In this document: one piece after another, positions 19,035-26,469 of the stretch
Numbering within the stretch: position 1 is the stretch's first letter
Layout: every line of letters begins with the position of its first letter
NCBI GenBank assembly: GCA_038248505.1
Contig: JBBRXJ010000001.1
Coordinates: 3,198 to 67,197, forward strand
DNA: 64,000 nucleotides
Origin: Bacteroidales bacterium
GTDB lineage: Bacteria; Bacteroidota; Bacteroidia; Bacteroidales; JBBRXJ01
Direction of reading: 5' to 3'
Program-made: the position numbers and the translations under genes
Notes under the pieces: generated by a model
The model's database searches: none
The model's input: only the letters and a program-made list of their open reading frames with translations
What the model was told of the DNA's origin: nothing

Positions 19035-19088
19035 CACCACAAATGTCCACTTGAAGAAAGTATCTTAAAAACACACCACAAATGTCCA
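19035..19088. repeat. Two exact copies of a 15-mer (CACCACAAATGTCCA) 39 nt apart in a convergent spacer
   Basis: Copies at 19035-19049 and 19074-19088. Each is preceded by an A-rich ...AAACA(G) context. Confidence 0.9.
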
Positions 19089-19110
19089 TTACTCCTAAAT
19101 ATTACAAAAC

Positions 19111-19142
19111 AAAAAAGCTCTCAGATATCCGAGAGCTTTTTT
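19111..19142. terminator. Bidirectional intrinsic terminator between manC (+) and gldN (-)
   Basis: AAAAAAGCTCTC-AGATATCC-GAGAGCTTTTTT: a stem flanked by an A-run and a T-run. Confidence 0.85.
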
Positions 19143-19163
19143 GTTTTGTAATATTTTTTAAAA

Positions 19164-20006
19164 TCAATATACCCATAAATCATGTTCCATTTCAAAAAGG
19201 AACTTCTCAATACGTTCAGCTTCAAGTAACTGAGCCATACCTGCAGTATATTCATTAACCTGACGATCATTGTAAACATTTGATTCACCCCAAATATGTC
19301 CTTCAAATCTTCTTGATAAAAAGAAATCATCAAATGAAACACGTTGTGCATCATTAAATCTGTTATATATTTCATGATTCACTAGTAATGGTCGAGCATC
19401 TGGATAGTAAATCCAAAATGTCTTTTTGCGTACTAAGCTTCCATCATCTTTTCTATATAAACGAATAGGGCACATACCAACAATTCTAACATTCATCACA
19501 GAATGTTGCTTATCAAAGAACCAAATTTCTTTAAGTAACACTTCAAGTATTTCACGTGTTTTTGCACCACCCGGAGTAATTTCTGGAACTTGATTCCCAT
19601 TTTCATCAGTAATAAGAATGGTATCTGGTAGAGCATCCATAGCAACATCAATTTGCTCTGGTGTCATAAGAACATCAAATTCTGTAGTTGCTTCAGGAGC
19701 ATCTGGATCATATACTTGTAACCCTTCATTCTTTACGCCGTAAAGTAATAAATCTATCAAATTCATTCTATTTCCAATTGGCTTAACAGGAAAATAAATT
19801 GACATATTCATTTTTTGACGTAAATCAACCATACGCCAAACTGTTTTTGACCAAAGCACATCTCCTTCACGAACAAATACATAAGGAACAGGTTTTTTAT
19901 TCTTTATGTGAACCTTGGTATAAACCTCTTCTTTTTCGTTCACCTGAGCAGTTAAATTGGCTATGCCAATAATTGCAGCGACTAGAATAATTACAATACG
20001 TTTCAT
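19164..20006 (-). CDS. gldN: Gliding motility/T9SS protein GldN (PorN)
   Basis: Signal peptide MKRIVIILVAAIIGIANLTAQ, the REGDVLWSKTVWRMVDLRQKMN motif typical of GldN, and last position in the gldKLMN order. Confidence 0.85.
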   Translation of the reverse strand: MKRIVIILVAAIIGIANLTAQVNEKEEVYTKVHIKNKKPVPYVFVREGDVLWSKTVWRMVDLRQKMNMSIYFPVKPIGNRMNLIDLLLYGVKNEGLQVYDPDAPEATTEFDVLMTPEQIDVAMDALPDTILITDENGNQVPEITPGGAKTREILEVLLKEIWFFDKQHSVMNVRIVGMCPIRLYRKDDGSLVRKKTFWIYYPDARPLLVNHEIYNRFNDAQRVSFDDFFLSRRFEGHIWGESNVYNDRQVNEYTAGMAQLLEAERIEKFLFEMEHDLWVY

Positions 20007-20021
20007 ATTATATGGTATTAA

Positions 20022-21653
20022 TTATTTAACTTTCAATGATATAGCACCTAACTCTTCAATTACACCCCCTGGTTTTTTTACCTTTATAGATTCAATAACC
20101 AAACGGCTTCCTGTACTTAAACTCTCAAGTATTGACTTTTGATCAGCTGTTATCATATTGTTTTTAGATGAAGCCTCTCGCACAAATCCTTTAACAGTAG
20201 TATACATATTAAAGGAAACTATTTCAAATTTCAAATCGAAAAGGAAATCAGGCAACTCGGCAATAATTACTCTTTGTGCTCTTAAAACACTCGATTGAAT
20301 ATCTCCACCAGTAATTCCAGCAATTTTTGCTACTGGATTAGGGACACCTTTCACACGAAATGCCTTAGTACCCATATTTTTCTTTTTCCCTTTTTCTATT
20401 TCAGCAAAAACAGTCATATCAACATTAGCACCAACTCTTAGAGGTTTTATTAGATACTCTCCTGTTGCACGATCTTTACTATATGTTGCATTTGTTACAT
20501 TTATTGTAAGTTTTTCCTTTGCAAAACCTGGAACTGAAATATCTACAGGATTATCAAGACCTAAATAAAACACATTCATTTTGGTCGGTGAAATAACTAC
20601 TCCTGCTTCAGCCACAATATATTCTTGTTCAAAAGGCCTACTAATTACATTTCCCTCAGGATCCTTAATCTGTATAAGACCTTTAATTTTTTTATTTCCA
20701 ACAGAACCTGCCCCAACTTTATAAATACCTATACCACTTTCTGTTTTTACCTTAACGGGATTACCAACCATTTTATATTCAATAGAACCATCTGCTTTTT
20801 TAATAGGCTGATAATCTCCTATATAAATTTCAGGGTCTTGCGTACTATCCATTGCTGCAAGAAATATTCTTACTTGATACTCTGTACCTTTAATAACATA
20901 ATTTGAACTAGGTATAACAGTTGCTTCTATCTTGTTAAACTTTAAATCATTGGCAGTAATTTGGTTTAAAAGATAATTAATCAAATCGGTTTCTGCGTTT
21001 CTAATATTTCCTTGCATACCAGACATAATTGTAACAGCACCAACCATTGGCCAATGCTCAAAATGCTCAGCTTCCCATGAAATAACTTGCCCTTCTTTAA
21101 CTTTAGGAGGTTCAGTATCTAAATTCTTTTCTACTGCACGTTTTAGAACAGTATCTTTTTTTAAATTAATCATGGTAAGACAAACCTTTCTAAATTCCTC
21201 AATTTTCTTACGCAGCTTAATTGCTTCAGTATTAGAACCTTCACCCATCATTACTTGAGGTGAAGCTTCTTTGTTATCTTTAGCAGAAATCTTTTCAGTA
21301 TATATTTCGCGGCCAACCACAGCAGGAGATTCTTCGCCATCTGCTTTTCTGATAATTTTTATCTTATAATCTTGAATTAAATTATAAAGCTCGTCTGCCA
21401 TTTTCTTAATTTGATCGGCTTTCTTTTTTGTACTACCTGCTTTTACAGGATTTAACATATTAGCCTTATCTATCTCGAAATAAAGACGTTCATTCTTCTT
21501 GATTACATTTTTGTTTGTTTTTGTTATACTTTCGTTCACAATTACAAATGCATCAAGAATATCTTTAGACACATTCAGCGCCAACATTGCTGTTAGCACT
21601 AAATACATCATACCGATCATTTTTTGTCTTGGCGTTTCCTTTCCGTGTCCCAT
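20022..21653 (-). CDS. gldM: Gliding motility/T9SS protein GldM (PorM)
   Basis: The N-terminus ...PRQKMIGMMYLVLTAMLALNVSKDILDAF is the conserved GldM TM/signature region; 543 aa. Confidence 0.95.
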   Translation of the reverse strand: MGHGKETPRQKMIGMMYLVLTAMLALNVSKDILDAFVIVNESITKTNKNVIKKNERLYFEIDKANMLNPVKAGSTKKKADQIKKMADELYNLIQDYKIKIIRKADGEESPAVVGREIYTEKISAKDNKEASPQVMMGEGSNTEAIKLRKKIEEFRKVCLTMINLKKDTVLKRAVEKNLDTEPPKVKEGQVISWEAEHFEHWPMVGAVTIMSGMQGNIRNAETDLINYLLNQITANDLKFNKIEATVIPSSNYVIKGTEYQVRIFLAAMDSTQDPEIYIGDYQPIKKADGSIEYKMVGNPVKVKTESGIGIYKVGAGSVGNKKIKGLIQIKDPEGNVISRPFEQEYIVAEAGVVISPTKMNVFYLGLDNPVDISVPGFAKEKLTINVTNATYSKDRATGEYLIKPLRVGANVDMTVFAEIEKGKKKNMGTKAFRVKGVPNPVAKIAGITGGDIQSSVLRAQRVIIAELPDFLFDLKFEIVSFNMYTTVKGFVREASSKNNMITADQKSILESLSTGSRLVIESIKVKKPGGVIEELGAISLKVK

Positions 21654-21672
21654 ATTATTAAAGAACTAAGGA

Positions 21673-22752
21673 TTAACTTTTTAGATTAGTAATCAAATTA
21701 AGGGAGGAAAGCATATTACCGTAAACATTGTTTAGCTCAGAAATATTTCCACTTAGCTTGGCAACTTCATCACGATATTTCTTAGTTTCCTCTGCCGACT
21801 CTTTGAGATTACTCATCATGTTAGCAAAACCCTTGAAAACATCTTTTGTATTTGTTAAATGTTGATTTGTTTCTTGTAACTGTAATTCATAAACTGAATT
21901 TATAGCTCCAAGGTTTTTATTTACCACATCAATTTTAGCAGCGTAGGCTTTTCCTTCAGTTGATACTGTATTAGCACTATTTTTAATAGAGTCGCCTAAT
22001 AATTGATAAGATGAGAGCAAATCGTTTCCTGTCTGAACAAACTTAGAAGCAACCTCTTCACCACTTTTCTTAAAAAGATCGGCTGTTGTAACAAATTTGG
22101 CAGCAACTTCTTCACCACTTTTCTTTATAAGTTCAGCACTTGAATTATATGAGCCTGATAAAGCTACACAAGAATCATTGATAACCACTTTTGAGTCGTC
22201 AAAAGCTTTAACTATTCCACCAACTGCTTGTGATGCAGAACGTACTTGAGTAGCATATTCTTTTGTAGCAACTGTAGCGTCAGTAATATCTGTTAAATTA
22301 CTTGTTGTTTTGCTAAGAGAGTTAAGACCTTTGCCCAGTGTTTCAAACATACTTGTATTTACCTCTACACTCTCCATCATTACTTCAAGCTTCTTAAGCC
22401 CCGATATTTTATCGGACGGTTTTTCACCAACTGCACCAACTGCACCAACTGCACCAATTACACCATGTCCATGTCCGCCGCCAATTGCATTTCCATTTTC
22501 ATCAAACTCTAGTCCAGCTAATTCAGGATAAACTAAGGTCCAATCAAGTTCACCATGAATAGGTTCAAATGCAGAGAAGAAGAAAATAAACACTTCTGTA
22601 CCCATACCTAAAATAAGCATTAGGCTTGCTCCAGGCCAGTGCTGAATTTTAAATAGTGCTCCCAAGAGCACAACGGCTGCACCCCAGCCGTATAAATATT
22701 TCATAAAGTTCTTCCAACTATCGGTCTGAACTATTTCATCAAGTTTCATCAT
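21673..22752 (-). CDS. gldL: Gliding motility/T9SS motor protein GldL (PorL), enlarged form (359 aa)
   Basis: WKNFMKYLYGWGAAVVLLGALFKIQHWPGASLMLILGMGTEVFIFFFSAFEP is the conserved two-TM GldL N-terminus. It is followed by a Gly/His/Ala/Val low-complexity linker and a repeat-containing C-terminal region. Confidence 0.9.
   Translation of the reverse strand: MMKLDEIVQTDSWKNFMKYLYGWGAAVVLLGALFKIQHWPGASLMLILGMGTEVFIFFFSAFEPIHGELDWTLVYPELAGLEFDENGNAIGGGHGHGVIGAVGAVGAVGEKPSDKISGLKKLEVMMESVEVNTSMFETLGKGLNSLSKTTSNLTDITDATVATKEYATQVRSASQAVGGIVKAFDDSKVVINDSCVALSGSYNSSAELIKKSGEEVAAKFVTTADLFKKSGEEVASKFVQTGNDLLSSYQLLGDSIKNSANTVSTEGKAYAAKIDVVNKNLGAINSVYELQLQETNQHLTNTKDVFKGFANMMSNLKESAEETKKYRDEVAKLSGNISELNNVYGNMLSSLNLITNLKS
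22036..22143 (-). repeat. Tandem 54-nt (18-codon) duplication inside gldL
   Basis: Hand alignment of 22036-22080 against 22090-22134 gives 38/45 identical positions. It encodes ELIKKSGEEVAAKFVTTA / DLFKKSGEEVASKFVQTG. Confidence 0.8.
22425..22460 (-). repeat. In-frame 9-nt tandem repeat (3 exact copies plus 1 degenerate) inside gldL
   Basis: CACCAACTG x3 then CACCAATTA on the + strand. It encodes (GAV)n in ...GHGHGVIGAVGAVGAVGEKP. Confidence 0.9.
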
Positions 22753-22795
22753 AGCTTTTTACCTTAAAATATATACTAATGAAAAGGGGCTTATT

Positions 22796-24127
22796 TTATC
22801 TTCTACTATTTCCTAAGTAAGTTCTAACACACCTGAAACCTACATATGATTTAGCAGTATCTTGATATTCATATGAACGTGATCCACATTCTAAGAAATA
22901 AGCGATATCTTTCCATGAGCCACCGCGAATAACTTTTTTCTTCATTTGAGGCAATTCATCAGGCTTAGCATTATACTCATAACTAGCATTTAAGTCATGT
23001 GAATAAGCATAAGCGGATTCATCATAAGCTGTTTTGGTCCACTCAGCAACGTTACCAGCCATATCATAAAGACCATATTCATTAGGAGAATATGTTCCTA
23101 CAGGAGTAGTTTGTAAACCGCCATCATCCGTATAATTACCACGCATTGGTTTAAAGTTTGCAAGGAAACAGCCGCTCATATTACGAGCGTATGGGCCACC
23201 CCAAGGATATTTTGCTCTGTCTAGTCCACCTCTAGCTGCGTATTCCCATTCAGACTCAAAAGGCATACGGTAATCTTGTACAAAGAACTCACCACGAGCC
23301 ATTAGAGCAAAATTAAGAAGCATACTTCTCCATATACAGAAGGAACGAGCTTGTGCCCAACTAACCCCAACAACTGGATAATTATCATAAGCAGGATGCC
23401 AAAAATAATTCTTAGTCATTGGTTCATTATAAGAATAAGTAAAGTCGGCAATCCAACAAAGCGTATCAGGATATACATTTATTACATCACGCATGATAAA
23501 ATCAGCTCTTGTTTGTATTTTAACTTTTTCACCATTAAGATTTACAACATAACCTTCATATTCTTTGGTTTTGTAGTTATAGCGATTTGATTTATTAGCA
23601 GCTTGATTGTAATCAATCCAAAAGTATTCATACATTAGCTTACGAGTATCCATTTGTGTAAGACCATAAAACTTTTCTTGACCTTGATAATAAAAACTTT
23701 TTAAAGCCTCACGTACTTCTTCTTCTTTTACATCAATTTCTGTTTCATAGTTCAAATGAGGAGGGTCAAAGGTGTTCCCATTCTCATCTTCTGTTATAGA
23801 GAAATCATCCAATTGTTCAGAAAGCATACGTCTCTGAATAGAGTCTGCAACATAGTATACAAACTGTCTATACTCATTATTGGTAATTTCCGTTTCATCC
23901 ATCCAGAATGCATCTAGAGAAACTACTCGTACTTGCGAGTTTTGAGCCCAAGCAATATCTTGCTCTACAGGCCCCATGTGAAAAGAACCTTGAGGTACAA
24001 AAACCATTCCAAATGGCTCTGGTTCAAAATACATTCCTCGGTCTTTAACACCTGTCAATTCACCTGTATTGTAGCTACCACAGCTATAGATAGCTAACAA
24101 ACTGACTAAGGTTAGAAGTTTTTTCAT
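22796..24127 (-). CDS. gldK: Gliding motility/T9SS lipoprotein GldK (PorK), FGE-sulfatase fold
   Basis: The internal ATG at 24127 gives MKKLLTLVSLLAIYSCGS (lipobox); the track's longer start at 24184 adds a non-signal extension. GELTGV...FEPEPFGMVFVPQGSFHMG and a C-terminal RGGSW..D FGE-type motif. Confidence 0.9.
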   Translation of the reverse strand: MKKLLTLVSLLAIYSCGSYNTGELTGVKDRGMYFEPEPFGMVFVPQGSFHMGPVEQDIAWAQNSQVRVVSLDAFWMDETEITNNEYRQFVYYVADSIQRRMLSEQLDDFSITEDENGNTFDPPHLNYETEIDVKEEEVREALKSFYYQGQEKFYGLTQMDTRKLMYEYFWIDYNQAANKSNRYNYKTKEYEGYVVNLNGEKVKIQTRADFIMRDVINVYPDTLCWIADFTYSYNEPMTKNYFWHPAYDNYPVVGVSWAQARSFCIWRSMLLNFALMARGEFFVQDYRMPFESEWEYAARGGLDRAKYPWGGPYARNMSGCFLANFKPMRGNYTDDGGLQTTPVGTYSPNEYGLYDMAGNVAEWTKTAYDESAYAYSHDLNASYEYNAKPDELPQMKKKVIRGGSWKDIAYFLECGSRSYEYQDTAKSYVGFRCVRTYLGNSRR

Positions 24128-24201
24128 GACTTTCTTTTTATTTATTGAGTTACTAAAACTACTAATATTTTTATTCACAAACAATTTTTTTTCAAAAAAA
24201 C

Positions 24202-25149
24202 CTATAAAAAACGTATACTTTTGTAGGCTTCAGGAAATTTTTCAACTGACATATCAAAGCGATATCTTAGCATAACCTCCACACTACCAGAGCTGTATCT
24301 TGATAATTTTGTCATTTCAATGTCATATGAAAAGCCTACATCAACATCCTTAAACAATTCAAGACCGAACATCGCAATAATGGCATTTCCGACACGGTAT
24401 GATAAGCCGCCATGTATTTTATTGTTGTACAATACATTAGCGCTGAGCATTATTTGATTTGCAAATCCATCTGTTCCTAACAAAAAGGATGGCTGCAATG
24501 TAAAAGCATTGTTTTTTAAAGGAATAGCATATCCTCCTAAAACATAATAATGCCTAACCAAATAAGGTTTCCCTACGGTATATTTGAATTTTGCTTGATT
24601 CAAATGTGTTGTAGATACTCCAAAGAACAAATTTTCTTTTTTATAAAAAACACCCAAGCCCAAATCAAATGCCGTTGCATTTTCTTTGGTATTTGGAATT
24701 GCCTCATCTCCACCTGCACCCGGGGCAACAAAATTAGAACCCTCAGGTATATTCCATGTAGGTTCAAAACTATTACCCACAAAACCTAAATTTAATCCTA
24801 TTCCAAGTTTCCCTGTCCCAATTTCTTTTCTATATGCATAAGACAGGTTTCCAAAAGTGTTTTTAACAAACCCGTAATTATCTGTACCAAAAGCAATTCC
24901 TAATCCATGATCTGCTTTAAACAATCTAAATGGCATATTCCCATTTAAAAAAGAAGTATTAGGTCCGCCTTCTAATTTCATCCATTGAGTTCTAAGCAAA
25001 GCGGTTAGCGAAACCATATCGTCACTACCTGCGGCACCTGGATTTACGGAATTGGCGCCATACATATAGTGACTATAAAATGGTTCTTGCTGAGCAGATG
25101 CATTTAAAACTGTAAACAGCAAAAGAACGTAGCTTACTAACCTCATCAT
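24202..25149 (-). CDS. porP: PorP/SprF-family T9SS outer-membrane protein, first gene of the porP-gldKLMN operon
   Basis: Signal peptide followed by AQQEPFYSHYMYGANSVNPGAAG, the PorP/SprF signature; 315 aa; 17-nt gap (74 nt to the preferred ATG at 24127) to gldK. Confidence 0.85.
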   Translation of the reverse strand: MMRLVSYVLLLFTVLNASAQQEPFYSHYMYGANSVNPGAAGSDDMVSLTALLRTQWMKLEGGPNTSFLNGNMPFRLFKADHGLGIAFGTDNYGFVKNTFGNLSYAYRKEIGTGKLGIGLNLGFVGNSFEPTWNIPEGSNFVAPGAGGDEAIPNTKENATAFDLGLGVFYKKENLFFGVSTTHLNQAKFKYTVGKPYLVRHYYVLGGYAIPLKNNAFTLQPSFLLGTDGFANQIMLSANVLYNNKIHGGLSYRVGNAIIAMFGLELFKDVDVGFSYDIEMTKLSRYSSGSVEVMLRYRFDMSVEKFPEAYKSIRFL

Positions 25150-25312
25150 TATAAAAATGCTAAATTATGCGTTTTTAGATTCTTTCATTGAATTAATCCT
25201 GTTCAAGGTCAAATCAGTTTCAATTCACACATAGTTTAACATGAATTTATACTGATTTTTTAACCCAATGGTTACACCATAAGTGGGAAAATTCAAGCAA
25301 ATATATAAAAAA

Positions 25313-26464
25313 TTATGAATTTAGCTTTCTAAAAAGCCTCCACCAACGGTCAGGAATCTCGTCACTGCAAGCTTTTTTATAGTCGGCTGCTGAGCAGGAA
25401 ACAGTAACGCATGTATTTGATTTAATGATAGGTACATCTACCCACCAACGATCAGTTAGCTTGCATTTATAGAAAACTATTTCGTGATCACTAATTTTTA
25501 ATAGATGTCTTGATAAATCTTTACGTTGATGATTTAGCCTTTTATTAATAATTCCATCAATATAATACCATATCATTTGAGCAGCAAGATTTGCAGATTG
25601 CTGTTGTTGATCGTAAAAAGTATTTAGCTCAAATATTCCGAAACAACGCGCTGACTCGCTTGTTCCAGCATAACGAGCAATTTGACATATTTCATCTCCA
25701 GAAAGGCCGTTGGGAGAAGTTCTGAAATTTGCAGGACAGTCACTATGTTTAACAACGCCCATATCAACAGATATCATGTGCGCATCACGCAAAACCGATT
25801 CAATTAAATCGTATTGTGACCGAATTGCGCCTAATCGGAGTAATCCTAAGTTCATTGCTGCCATTTTTTCAAGCACTTTATAATCGTTTAAATGTGCTTG
25901 ATGACCAATGTTTGTGTAGTCAAATAGAATCTGCTCTTCTTTTTGAAGTCCAATAATTTTACTCATAAATGTTTCAGAGAAGCAATCAACAGGATAATCA
26001 CCTGCATCTATTTTAGCATCAATAGTAACTAAATTAAGTTTTTGCTTAAAATGCCTAAATGCAAGGTATGTTGACCAAGTGAGAGATTGCCCACCTCCAA
26101 GAATAACAATTTGAATATCTCGACTTATCAATTCAATAAGTACATCGCGTAAGCCAAAATAGGTATCGGCCATAGAATCCTTAATCATAAGGTTGCCTAG
26201 ATCAATAATTTTAATACGAACAGGGAAACGACTTAGTTGATAAAGGCTATTTCTTATAGCATCAGGAGAGGACGAAGTTCCGCTATTCATAGTATCTCTT
26301 CCATCAGGTACCCCAACAATAGCAATGTCAAATCCGGAAATATCAGGGATTGGGTTGCTTTGTGTATGCACAGTAATATATTGAGAGAAAGAAGCCTCGG
26401 GCGTTAGGAAGACTTTCTCTGGTTTTTTAAGACTCAGGGGTTCAAAATAATGCTGCCACTCCAT
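25313..26464 (-). CDS. Arginase/formimidoylglutamase-fold protein with a degenerate metal site and a C-terminal extension
   Basis: Fold motifs are present: IAIVGVPDGRD...SPDAIR, ILGGGQS (canonical GGDHS), IDAKIDAGD (canonical DAHxD), ISVDMGVVKHSD (canonical SxDxDxxDP). An additional about 80-aa Cys/Trp-rich tail carries two DRWW motifs. Confidence 0.7.
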   Translation of the reverse strand: MEWQHYFEPLSLKKPEKVFLTPEASFSQYITVHTQSNPIPDISGFDIAIVGVPDGRDTMNSGTSSSPDAIRNSLYQLSRFPVRIKIIDLGNLMIKDSMADTYFGLRDVLIELISRDIQIVILGGGQSLTWSTYLAFRHFKQKLNLVTIDAKIDAGDYPVDCFSETFMSKIIGLQKEEQILFDYTNIGHQAHLNDYKVLEKMAAMNLGLLRLGAIRSQYDLIESVLRDAHMISVDMGVVKHSDCPANFRTSPNGLSGDEICQIARYAGTSESARCFGIFELNTFYDQQQQSANLAAQMIWYYIDGIINKRLNHQRKDLSRHLLKISDHEIVFYKCKLTDRWWVDVPIIKSNTCVTVSCSAADYKKACSDEIPDRWWRLFRKLNS

Positions 26465-26469
26465 TAATC

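Noticed and set aside
22425-22460. The 9-nt tandem repeat as a CRISPR-like array or a frame-switching phase-variation tract
   Set aside because: The units are contiguous, with no spacers, and lie inside gldL. Because the unit is a multiple of three, copy-number change cannot switch the gene off. It is reported only as an in-frame length polymorphism candidate.
25298-25305. A Bacteroidota -7 promoter box (TATATTTG on the minus strand) about 145 nt upstream of porP
   Set aside because: It matches TAnnTTTG, but I find no TTTG/-33 element at the expected spacing. Such AT-rich octamers are frequent in this genome. The evidence is not enough to call a promoter without TSS data.
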